64,000 nt of DNA from Lama guanicoe (taxonomy: Eukaryota), in assembly GCA_013239625.1 (NCBI GenBank), contig MU053652.1:2048001-2112000 (forward strand), given 5' to 3'. The translations under genes and the position numbers were made by a program. How positions within the stretch are numbered: the stretch's first letter is position 1; each line of letters starts with the position of its first letter. The notes beneath the pieces are model-generated. The model was not told the DNA's origin. It ran no database searches and saw only the letters and a program-made list of their open reading frames with translations. Of this stretch, positions 1 through 11,395 are shown piece by piece.

Positions 1-1839
1 TTATAATAAAAAGTTATATTAGAAGAATGTGTTATGGGAAGACATACAGGACTTTTGGAAATAACCTCTGGAAAGTTTCTGTAAGAGTCAAATTTATATG
101 AGTTGCTGCAGATTTGGAGCCATTGTCATGTCCAGAAACAAGGAAATTCTTGACAGGAGGTTGTAGTGGGAACTGGACTCTCCCCCGCCCTGACTTTCTT
201 TCTGCCTTACCCTGGTAATTAGGAACTTGCACCCCGGCTGAGCTGTCGGGAAGAAACTTTCCACCCCATTCCAACCTGTCCCGTGAGTAAGCACCCCCCG
301 CTCTGAAAGAAGAGTGATGTATGACTGGACCAGCTGGCTTCCAACCTCCGGGAGCTGGAGCCCCCTTCCTCCGCTCTTCTCATGATGCCATGGTGAGGCT
401 CGGAATTCTGCCTCATATCTGGTCCTACCAACCTTTTTAGGGAACATCCGCTTTGGTTTAGGCGCTGAGGCACCCGGACGGGTGGGAAGCCCAGCACTGA
501 CAGCAATCCTAGCTGCCGGCGTCCAGCACAGTTGATGGGACAGTGGCCACGCTGCAGGACACCCCAGGTGTGCGTTCAGCCCTTTGGACTGGTAAACACA
601 CCTCTTAACCTTGCAGGGTATAAACAGATGACAGCAAATGTGACAGAGGAATGCAGGATTGATTTTCTGAGTCAAGAGCCCCTCCTAATTTATACACTCT
701 ATAATTGCCAATATTCCAGATCTTGATAGACATCTATTCTAGCAGCTCAAGATACGATCTTATCTCCCGCTCCCCCTCCTCTACCCTAACACACTGACGC
801 TGTTAGGCTGCAGAGGGACCTTGCAGAGTTCGATAATCTTTCCAAGGTCACAGAACAAGCCAAGGGCAGGACAGATAGCACCGTGTCCAACTTTCCTGGT
901 CTCAGTGCTGCCCCTTCTCACATTACCTTGCCTCACATAGATTTCTGTCATCAGACGAGAAAAGTCACTCAATCAGGAACTTTATAAGTCGCTGGAATAA
1001 GGAAAGACATGGGTCTCATCCCTGGGGAGGCCCGAGGCAGGCAGATAGAAGTGGAGGAAGTGAAGCGTGTCCCCAGGCCAGGTGGTACTGATTTAATAAA
1101 GGCTTTACAGGCGATGACAAAAGAAGGCCCCAAACTCTGCCCCTCCCCTCGTCTAAGCCTCCCTGCTGTTCTTTTAATAGAAGCATTTCCCCTCCCTCCA
1201 AAAAAACCTCACAAATATGGTGTGTGAAATATCAGAACTAATTAGACCAAATGGTGTTCGTATCTGTCACTGGTTTTTCTGGGCGAGAGCAGCCTGTGTC
1301 GTGGAGGGAAATTTCGTTAACTAATTAAGGACAGTTTTTAGGGGAGAGTGTCATGTTGCTGTGGGAAAGAGGAAGGGGAGGACTGGAGAGGTTTCTCGGA
1401 TGGGCTGATTAAGGAAAACCAAGAATAGAGATAAAAAGCACAGCGACCACAGAGTGACCAGGAAGATGATGTGGGAGAGAGGGAGGAAGAGGACTGAGTC
1501 AGCCTTGGAGGCAGCCAGTTTTATTGTTCTTATAGTCAAAAGAGGACACAGTTTGCACACCAGCATAAGTGCGCTTTCTGTACCAATAAACAAATTTGTA
1601 GGAAGGAGGAGGCAGTTTGTCCAAAGTTGGTACTTAGCAGTTGTTAATGTCATTATCACGCAACCAAGAGCAAAGACCGCATCTCATTTTCTTTCTATTT
1701 TCCAGCTCTCATCACACTGTGTGGTGTTGGTAGTTACCCTCAAATTTTCCAACCAGAAAACAGTTGAGGAAGAAGAGGAAGTATTTATATGAGCATAATT
1801 TGTGCTGGAGACAATCTAAGATCTTTTGATGTTTTTGAG

Positions 1840-2085
1840 ATCAAACTAGGACTGATTAGCAGAATTTATCAGGAGGGAGGCTTTGATCCAAAATAAAGAA
1901 CTTTTTAATGATTAGAACTGTTCAAGAAATGAAACAGGCTGCTGTGTGATGAAGATGGCACCCAGGTTCCTGTGTGTTTGAGGTGAGGCCATGAGGCATC
2001 AGGCAAAGATGTTTGGAAGGGGTTCCTGCAATGGGACATTGACTTTGGGGTCCCTTAAGCATTGAGATTCCATGAATCTATAGAT
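1840..2085 (+). mobile_element. CR1/L3 LINE 3' fragment (ancient)
   Basis: Degenerate match to the CR1/L3 3' end as I recall it (aagaactttttaatgattagaactgttcaagaaatgaaacaggctg ... gtcccttaagcattgagattccatgaatcta). Confidence 0.55.
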
Positions 2086-2604
2086 TTTTGAGCTGCAACG
2101 GGCTGTCTACTTCAGTTACAGATGATGAAGACTATTTTGCATGAGGAAGTAGTAAGGCAAAGCCCTGGGAAGGCTTTGAAAGCCTTCATACAAAAGTCAT
2201 TGAAATGGGAGGAGGATCAGCAGGAATCCTTCTGGAAATGTCCACGTGCTGCATGGCCCTGGCACAAGGTGGGAGTGCAGGCAGGTAGGGACACAACTTC
2301 AAGAGTTCTTCCTTCTTCTCACCTCCTCTGCAGTGCCCACAGCTCCCAGGCAAAGGCATGCTTGGGGGACAAAAGAGAACTTAAAGGACATATTTTGTTC
2401 AGTTGATGAGCACACCCTCAATTGCTTTTAACAGTCCTCCTGACCCACACCAGTGCCACAAGGCTGCCTGGACATGTCGCCTCTGGCCAGAGAGCGACTT
2501 CTGATGATTTTTCCACTGACGAGCCTGGAGGACCAATGGTGCTTGAGGAAAGGGCGAGGGGCAGAGGTGGGAAGAGGCAGCCAGATGCAGTGGGCAAGAG
2601 GTAA

Positions 2605-2745
2605 ACCCGACCCTAGACTGGACGGGAATTCTGGCCCTGCCACTCACTGATTATGTGGGTACATTTCTTGGCTTTTCTGGCCTCTGTTGCTCTTAAAAGA
2701 GGACGATATCGTCCTTAGTCTGTAGGATTGTTGTGAAGATCATGA
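2605..2745 (+). mobile_element. MIR SINE fragment
   Basis: Degenerate MIR core (ctggccctgccactcactgattatgtg ... gtaggattgttgtgaagat). Confidence 0.55.
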
Positions 2746-4024
2746 ATTCACACGGCAGGTGGATGGTGAGAACAGAATGTGGGATGCAGTAAGTGCTATG
2801 TGAGTGTCCTGGTCCAGGAGGACCAGTGACACTGCCCTCCAAACTGACACCCCTGTCCTTTGAGGATGTGAAACAGGGAAGCCACAGTGGTCTCGGATTC
2901 CAGGAAGGCCTCCATCAAGTGGCTGAGACATTGAGTGTTCAGGACTGTGATGAGGGTGGAGATGGTTCAAACAAACCAAATTTCAAAGAGAAAAAAAAAA
3001 AAAACAGGTCAGGGAGTGAGGGAAGGAAGACCAGAGCAAAACGTTCCCTGGGGACTGGGGGACTGTCTGTGTACCATTTCTCTGACTGCTCCCCAAGCCC
3101 TAGAGATCACGTGGCCCTCCGCAGGGCGCTGCAGGGGAGAGCTCCAGCTCCTCCTGGGCCCCACGCAGTCATCCCCTCACCGGGCTCTCTGCCAGCAATG
3201 GCTTTTCTCCTAACAACTTTTAAGCACCTCCAAGATAGACTTTGCAACTCGCATAATGGATGGGGGACTGAGACAGGCAGCTTCGGCTTGCTCAGAGTCA
3301 CAGCATGAGTGTGTGGGGCCTGGGGCCAGACCCGCCTTGTCCTGCTGTTGCCAGGCCCCCCAGCCATGGCTCCCCTCCCTGCTGGTCTGCTCCACACCCT
3401 CCACCAGCATTTGTTTTGCTGGTCTAATAACGCTGCCCCTGCACTTTGGCTCTGCTTGCTTTAATATACACATAGATTACAGCTACATTAAAGAAGCCCA
3501 AAAATACCAAAGCAGAACTAAAGCAATTATTATAATGCAGCCTTAACAGCAGCTGTAATGAGACAGAATTAAAAATGTGCCAGCATAAACACAATTCGCT
3601 GCTCCCAATGACCTTCCAGAACGGCTTTCATTTGGAAAGTAACATCCAGTCCTGAACTGTCAGATGGAAGGGAGAAATTCAATTGTGCCTCCCAGCGTGG
3701 CCTGGTCCCTGGCTACCGGGAGATCTGGCTCTTCCGTATGAAGACATCTGTCCCCTGGCTGAGGCTACGTGGTATTATCCATTTGCTCAGTGTGGGGCAG
3801 GGGGAAGGGACATAGGGGCTGGGTGTTCCTTCGATGGCACATGAGGCTGGCTTATTCCTCGTCCCTCCATTTGTCACTGGGCCTGCCCATTCCACACGGG
3901 AGCAAATCCAAGCCTGAGCAGCCTCGTGCCCGACTCACTGCATGTGCAGCACGTTGCAGACAACGGCAACTCGGATCGTTTCTGCTGATCGCCACCATCA
4001 CCCTCGGATGCAAGTTCTGTTATG

Positions 4025-4150
4025 TCCCCAGTTTATGACCAAGGAAACAGGGACCTAGAGAGGTGAAGTGACCACCCAGAGCCACACCTAGTGGGTACCG
4101 CAGCCATGACTCAAACCCTCACCTTCAGGCTCCAGAGCGTGAATCCTCAC
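4025..4150 (-). mobile_element. MIR SINE fragment
   Basis: aaggaaacagggacctagagaggtgaagtgaccacccagagccacac resembles the reverse MIR core. Confidence 0.65.
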
Positions 4151-6440
4151 GCCAACTTTATGGAGCTGATATCCCAATAGAAGCAAAAGAGAAACCTATA
4201 CATTACTTCATTTTGATGCAGGGGGCTGGGAGGGGAGGGGAGCCTCGAGGGTGAAGAGATGGAAGGAGACAGAAAGCACACCCCGCACGGAAGTCTTCCC
4301 GAGGGAGGCCATTTCTGGCTGGTGAGTCACGGGCATACATGTAACAGAAGCACTTACTCATCCCTCCGTCCCGGTTCCGGTTCCGTAGGGAAGAACAGAA
4401 GTGACAGGGCACAGCGCCAGGAGATAAAGGAGCTGGCAGAGGGGGTGGGGGAGGATGCAGAGAAGGTTCAGGCTCCTGTCCTCGAGGATGCTTAGGAGAA
4501 ACCGCTAGCGCTCAGTGGCTTTGCCAAGCCTGCTCCCAGCCCCAAAGTGAGCTCTCTGGAGCCTCTCTGTTAAGACAGAGATGGGGCGTTACCTGGCTCT
4601 TCTGTTGTGTTTGGTTTTCACGTCTGTAAACGTGAGCTGGCTTCCCTCTGGGCATGCGGAGCCAGGAGCAGGCACAGCAAGACGGACGAGAATGAGGAGC
4701 CACTTCCTCATCCTCTTCCCAGCTGAGCCAGCTGTGGTTCAGGGGGCATCAGCCTTCCTGCTCTCCCCCAGCCCCAGGCAGGTGGAGCCCTTCCGCTCTG
4801 GTGCCGGGGAAGACGTTCTGAGGATTCTGGTTCCGGAAGCCCAACAGCCCTGAAAGCCTTCTGACGCGTCAAGCAGGTGCTGGGTGTACAGAGTGACTCT
4901 CCCCTGCCAGCCTGGGCTTCTGGGGGAGGGTCTCGCTGCCCACGTGGCAACCTCTCATGGGCCCACTCTCCACACCCACCTCAAGTAACTTCGTGAATAA
5001 TGATCTCCCCACCTTAGGTAAGAAATGGTAACAAAGCACTTTATGATTTGACAACAACTGCATTGAAGGTTCATCGCTGTTTCCAGGAACCTAGCTCTAG
5101 AAGGTCGTTATCAAACTGCGTGGTTCGCTGTATCAACATTGCTGGGCCCCAGCTTGTCCTGCTCCCTGGGTGGGCAGGGCCCCAGAATCAAGCTGCAAAT
5201 GCTGGCACGTGGCTTGTCTTTGCTGGGAAAACAAGTCACCTCGAGAAGCCACCTCTTGTTCTTTCCCATGGGCTGTCACCCCTCTCTCTGTGAAAGTCCT
5301 TCCTTCACCCCATCCCTATTTCTGGAAAGAGAAATGTGCGGGCAGTTTGACTCAAATAGAGCAAGACAATGGGCCCTAGTTGCCGCTGGTGTAGGACGAA
5401 CTGGGAAAGACAATCTGGGGTACGTGAGAGGGCGGAGGGTCTCCAGAACCGGGGATGGATGGGGCTACTTTTTACCAGCCTCCGCCCCGATGCTCCTTTG
5501 TGAGAGGACAGAGGGGACCGTGGCCTCATCACGTCTCACCCCCAGCTTCCAGGCCAAGATGAGCTTTCCCAGGAGCTTGGGAACTTGGGAACGCAAACAT
5601 GAAGAGATGAGGAAACAAGTAGGGAAAAAAAGGAGGGGAACACCTGAGGACATTCTTGGTCTGATTTCCGGCATGGACTTGGCCTCTGGAGGTGAGTGGC
5701 GTCCAGCTGTGGCAGGACTGGGCTGTCTGCTGACTTCCAATCAGCAGTAGGCAACTGCAGGAAGTGCAAGCCATGAGGTCAGCTGACAACAGGACTCTGG
5801 TGACTCACCTATCTTTATAGGATAGAGAAATCATATTAAACCCCCAAGGTTCAAAGATGTGGAAGAGGTCTTCAGGCACTGGCTGGTTTCACAGAATATA
5901 AAACTAGAAAGGTTCCTACACGAAAGAATTCAGGAATTTGACACTTTAAAAAAAAAATTCACACCCAAGGGATCAGATAAACAAGCACAGCATCTGAAAG
6001 GCCTTTTGGAAGCTGAGAGCTGGGGCGCCGCCCACTCCACCCACCTCCGCAGCCTGCACTGGCATCTGCACCGGCCTGTAGGTGGAGGCGGTGCCTGCCA
6101 GCCCCTCTCCTCCCAGCCCCGGTGCTGATGAGATGCAGGGAGGGTCTGCAGCCCCGATGGGATGGCTGGCAATTTTCGTTGCTGTTGTTCCCAAAGACCT
6201 CTTTCTCTAGGGCTCTGCTAGCAGCTTGTCAGCACACGGTGAGGGAGGAGGCTCGCAAGATGGTGCACTGCCCCACCTCAGCTTCTGACTGGGTGTTCTC
6301 AGGACACTTGTCCACAACGTCCCCAGACAGGTGCTCCAGAGTCTCCAGCAGCCACTGTCACACAGGCACCAGTAACGCAGGCCCCCTGTCCATGGAGCCA
6401 GATTTTAAAACCCACCCCTCACCCGAAGTTTCTTTTCCCC

Positions 6441-6568
6441 ATCTGTCTTGCAAAGGTGTGAATGGATCTGACAAAGGATGAAGAAGAAGGGAAAAGGGAG
6501 AGAAATTAACTGCACCCTCCTATTACCACTTCACTATCACCACACACACACACACACACACACACTCC

Positions 6569-6603
<35 letters not shown>

Positions 6604-6662
6604 ATACACAGGCAGCCAGACATCTGCCAAAGTAGGCTGTGGCCAACATGCTAAGACCAAAA
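6441..6662 (+). repeat. Local duplication, copy 1 (probable donor)
   Basis: Aligns by eye with 7500-7712 (atctgtctt..aggtgtgaatggat.tgacaaa.gatga ... agccagacat ... tgtggccaa ... ctaa). Confidence 0.9.
6541..6603. repeat. Compound microsatellite (CA)12 followed by (CT)n
   Basis: Directly visible. Confidence 0.97.
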
Positions 6663-7499
6663 GGGCAAGCTGGCCAAAGCTTTCCCACTATGGTGTGAAG
6701 TGTATATAAAGAGTGAGAAGACCTGGATTCGGGGTCCCAGCTCTGCTCCCAGCTAGCTGACCTTAGCCCAGGCCCCTGTCATTTCTCTGGACTTCCATGT
6801 CCTTCTCACACACTGTTAGTGGTCCACGCTTTTCTAGAAGAGCACTGTGATGGTTCCACACCACCTCTGACCGAACAGCCAGGCCCACACAGGACCGTTC
6901 ATCCACAGGGGCCACAACAGAGTGGGAACATGTTGCAGATTTGGGGAGCAGAGGAAAACACATAGGCTTTTATAGGGATGAGATTTCGGACCTTAGTCAC
7001 CCAACGCCAAGATCCCGATCTGCCCAGCCACTGGGGTCCATGCTGCATTGATTTCCTCCCTTTGTTTATGAAGTCCCAACGTACCTATTTCAGCGTCTCA
7101 AACAAGCTTGAGTTTACTTGTTACATGCTTCATGGGCCACCCTCAACGTGGCATCTATCTAAAACAGTGGGTTCTTTATCCGGGACTCATCTCTGGATCA
7201 TTTCACATCAGAGCCATCTCTCCCTCGTAGGAATTCCTAACTTTTGCTGTTTGAACTCCTCACCTAACGCTCATTTTATGCTGCCTTATATTGGATTTGG
7301 CTGTTTATGTTTCCTCTTAGCTAGACTGTTCTGTTTGTCTCAAGGTAATGATGTGCTTCATTCTCAATCAATGGGAAGGTTTTTTTTTTTTAACCTTAAA
7401 CATACTTGGTTTGCTGTTTATTTTAATGCATCAGTTTTGTTTTGGTTAGTATTTTCACAGTATGCCTTTTTTTGTTGCTACTACTTTCAAACGTTCTGT

Positions 7500-7712
7500 A
7501 TCTGTCTTCTAGAGGTGTGAATGGATTTGACAAAAGATGAGGAAAGAGGGAAAAAGGAGAGAAATTAATTGCACCTCCCCCCTCACTAGCACATCAGCAT
7601 CACCACCAACACACACACACAAATACACACACACACACACACACACACACATATTACACAAAGAGCCAGACATTTTCTAAAACAGAATGTGGCCAAAGCA
7701 CTAAAGCAAAAC
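7500..7712 (+). repeat. Local duplication, copy 2 (inside the ancient L1), with an (AC)n tract at 7609-7650
   Basis: Diverged direct repeat of 6441-6662. Confidence 0.9.
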
Positions 7713-7869
7713 CAGCAAGTTATTTTTTAGGTGTTTCTTGTAAATTGCATAGTTTTGAGACCCAGACTTACAAATTCTGTCTTTAAAAAGGCAAATGTAA
7801 TCAATTGCTACTTGTGATTGCTGATGTGTTTTTAATTCATTTCTGTCACCTTGTTTTGTGTTTGGTAAT

Positions 7870-8330
7870 TGTTTGGAGAGAAACTCCTCACTGGCTTGTT
7901 CCTGCTTCTCCACGTCTTGCTGGGTATGCCAAGAATGTAAGGCTCTGACTGCTCATTACCTGGGTCGTTTCTCAGGGTTGTGTCTGCATCAAAAAAATCT
8001 TGTAGAATGAGGTAATGTCTCCCTTTAAGACATACAGCAAGTTTACTGCCTGCTAAAAGATGGAATCCCTAAGCACAGTGTTCCTCAGCTGCAATACAAA
8101 CTCACCAACCTATAACATCCATCGAGGTCCCTCTGTGTCACCTTGTATGTGACTTAGGGGCCTAGAGGAACTGAAGCACATTCGATGCTCGTGGTGGACA
8201 CCCTGTGTGAGTATTTGTCTCTGGCCCCCAGGTCTCATGTCTTCTGACGGCATCCATGAAACAGTAAAAGACTAACTTACTAGCTTATAAGTAGGAGTTA
8301 TCAGATCCCAGACCCTTCACAGACCTGATA
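7870..8330 (+). mobile_element. Solo ERVL LTR, MER77/MER68-like
   Basis: Characteristic segments: gggtatgccaagaatgtaaggctctgactgctc, tgaggtaatgtctccc, cagtgttcctcagctg, gtctcatgtcttctg..gcatccatgaaac, cagacccttcacag. Confidence 0.8.
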
Positions 8331-10080
8331 ATGATTACCATGGCTATTTTCTCCTTAATCATGCCTCCTACTGGAATGATCTGCTTTCTTTATTTCCTTT
8401 CTGGCCTCTACTGCTTTGAAAGTTACACGTTGTATTTCTCTTCTTTTAGTGGTTACTCCTAAACTACCACTTAAAAAAAAAGCCTCAAGTTTAACGTTTA
8501 AAGGTAATGGATATCTTTGCTCCCCTTTAGGACAGTAAGTACACCTCCCCACTGCCGCTCCCACTTCTAGGCCACCCCCATCTTCTATGCTATTTACCGT
8601 TATTCAACATTTTAGTTTCATGTTGTTTTTAAACCTACTCTTTTTGAATTATTGACGTTATTACAGTCAGTGCTTATTTAGAATGACCAAAAAGTTTCTC
8701 TTCTCATTGTTGTTATGTTTCTCACCATTGCTTCCGGCTTTCTACTCCTTCCATCTGCTTCAGCTCCATCTCACTGACTTGTATCCTTAAGTTGTTTTTT
8801 TTTTTTCAGCTGGGATCTGTGAGTCATAAATTCTCTTGGGCGTTGTTTGTATTAAAAACTTCTTTCTCCTCATTTTTGAATGATGGATTAGTTAGGATTT
8901 GAACTTCAGGGTGCTCATTATTGCTCTATAGCAATTTGAAGATGTATTTCCTGACGCTATTTTTGTGGGTGCTAAGTTAAGTCTGCTTTTAGTTGAATTG
9001 TCATTCCTTTATGTAATCTTTTATCTCTGAAACCTTCTAAAGATTTTCTCTTTATTTTCTATTTTCTGTAATGTATCCACAATGCTTCTAGATGTGCATT
9101 TGTTTTTATTTATTACTCATGGAACCTGACAGTCTTCAATTTAAGAATTTAAGAATTTAAATTTATTTAAATTCTCAGCCAATACTTTTTTGGCTGTTAT
9201 CTCCCTCTCATATTCTCTGTTCTCACCTTATGGTACTTGACTAGATGCATTTTGATGACATACATGTGAACTTCCTTTCATGTTTCTTATTTCAAATTCT
9301 GGGTAATAGTCTCAATGTATCTTCCAGGTCCCTTAATTCTCTCTTTAGCCATGTCTAATATATGACTTCTCACATCTCATAAAATTTCTATCGTAATGAT
9401 CAAGTTTTTATTTCTAGAAGCACTCTTTGTCTACTTTTCAAATCTGTTACTGTATTGCTCTGCCCTGTTCTTGTAATTTTTATTCCTCCTTTTTATGTTT
9501 TTAAATAATTCAAATATACTTAAATTATAGTCTAGTTAATGTTGTTCTGTTTCCTCTAGAACTTGGAATGCTAATTATCCTGTTTTCTGCTCCTTCCAAG
9601 TGTCCCCCATGATAGCGTGTAGCTTTCCATAGATCCTGTTTTTTTTATTATGAGTTCTTCAGTGGTGTTAGTTTCCTGAGGGGATCTCATATCCTCTGTA
9701 TAAAAAGAATCTTTCCAGCATCTGTCTATATAATATTGTATCTTTGCCTTTTTCTAGCAACGTATTAGCTTTGCCAGTTCTGGACCAGTATTTATGTTAG
9801 TTTCTAAGCATTACTTTGGTGGTATAAATTTGTACAAGAATTACAGGCTAAGGTTTCCAATTTCTGGTACATGACTCTTTTCTACCCAAGACCCTGGTGG
9901 ATGGCAAACTTTGTTGAAACTTTCCACAAACAGATCTGCTGAGTTTTTCTACTCCCCTCAGAAGTTCTAACTATATGCCAGAAGGTCTCTATGACTGCCT
10001 CTCAACTCATCTAGACTTGAGGATAGGAGTTCTATCCCTGGATGGATGTTAAAACCCCAATTCAGACCCTAATACCCCAT

Positions 10081-10701
10081 ATATCTGGAGGGAACTCAAA
10101 TTCAAAAAGAAACATGCACCCCAATGTTCATAGAAGCACTATATACAATAGCCAAAACATGGAAACAACCTAAATGTCCACCAACAGAGGATTGGATAAA
10201 GAAGTTGTGGTATATTCGTACAATGGAATACTATTCAGCCATAAAAAATAAAATAATGCCATTTGCAGCAACATGGATGGACCTGGCTAACATCATTCTA
10301 ACTGAAGTAAGCCAGAAAGAGAAAGAAAAATACTATATAATATCACTCATATGTGGAATCTAAAAAAAAGAGGACACTGATGAACTCATCTACAGGATAT
10401 AAAAATACTCAGAGTCATAATAAACAATCTTATGATTACAGGGGGAAAGGGAAAGAGAAAGGATAAATTTGGGAGTTTGAGATTTGCAAATATTAACTAC
10501 TATATATTAAAGTAGGTACAAAAACAAATTTCTTCTGTATAGCACAGAGAACTGTGTTTGGTATCCTGTAATATCCTTTAATAAAAAAATATGAAAATAA
10601 ATATATGTATGTATGTATATGACTGGGACATTATGCTGTACACCAGAGATTGACATGTTGTAACTGACTATACTTCCATTAAAAAACAAACAAACAAAAA
10701 A
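10081..10701 (+). mobile_element. 5'-truncated younger L1 (ORF2 C-terminus, 3' UTR, A-rich tail) with target-site duplication
   Basis: ORF 10124-10363 (MFIEALYTIAKTWKQPKCP...EYYSAIK...MPFAATWMDL...SLICGI) is the L1 ORF2 C-terminus. Tail at 10681-10701. Near-identical flanks accctaataccccat (10066-10080) and accctaagccccat (10702-10715). Confidence 0.95.
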
Positions 10702-11089
10702 ACCCTAAGCCCCATGTCTGAGCCTTAACCCACCTTGGCCTAATATGGCTTCAACCCCCACCCGATACTCTGGCTCTGAGTTCCTCCCTCTCTGCTGACA
10801 CTGGGAAGTTCTCTCTTTCTTTGAAGCCCTGTGTGTAACTGAATTTATTTTGTTATATTGTATTCAGATTTATATACTTGTGTGTGTGGAAGGAGCACCT
10901 TTCCATATGTTCTCAGTCCAGCATACTGGCTAGAAGTTCTCAAGTTAAATTGAACTAACTGAGAGCAGAAACACTGCCTCATCCTTCTGGGTAAGCCTAT
11001 CCTGTGAGGGCCAGGCTCAGAATCAGACACAAGGTCAGAGCTCAAAAGGGGTTTGGAAGAACCTCAGGGCCTAACAATAGGGGCTTTGT

Positions 11090-11395
11090 TAACTGGACCA
11101 TGGTACGACAATGCAGTGGAGTGTGGTGCAGCCACACTAAGAGATATGGAGAAATTTTAAGTGATATGGGAAAAGGTCATCAACATCATTTTTAAGTCCA
11201 AAATACAGATTAGAGAATAATATGCACTGTTCTGTTGTATAGACAACAGACTGGAAGAAAATATACCAGAATGTTAGCACTGTTCGATCCCTGCATAATG
11301 AGAGTATGGGCCATTTTTATTTTCTTCTTTGATTTGTATTTCCTATAGTTAACATTCATCTTTACATAATAAGTATAACAAATATAAATTTAAGT
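11090..11395 (+). mobile_element. Ancient L1ME 3' fragment
   Basis: agactggaagaaaatataccagaatgttagcactgtt and the AT-rich end are typical of L1ME 3' UTRs. Confidence 0.65.

Larger units (their letters stand above)
7200..10940 (-). mobile_element. Ancient L1M/HAL1-type LINE (5' region, ORF1 and start of ORF2), interrupted by three later insertions
   Basis: T-rich strand with old L1 motifs (ttttggttagtattttcacagtat...tactttcaaacgttctgtatc / ttttaggtgtttcttgtaaa; ttttctctttattttctattttctgtaat; ttctcagcc). It ends in tcagtccagcatactggctagaagt, which resembles the reverse of the old L1 5' terminus. Confidence 0.7.

Noticed and set aside
5139..5750. Longest gap-free ORF (203 aa), and similar ORFs at 94-675, 6978-7520 and 11442-11966
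   Set aside because: No recognisable domain, composition typical of translated non-coding DNA, and no coherent splice structure. 6978-7520 runs into L1.
10124..10363. 79-aa ORF with a protein-like sequence
   Set aside because: It is the C-terminus of L1 ORF2 in a 5'-truncated insertion, not a host gene.
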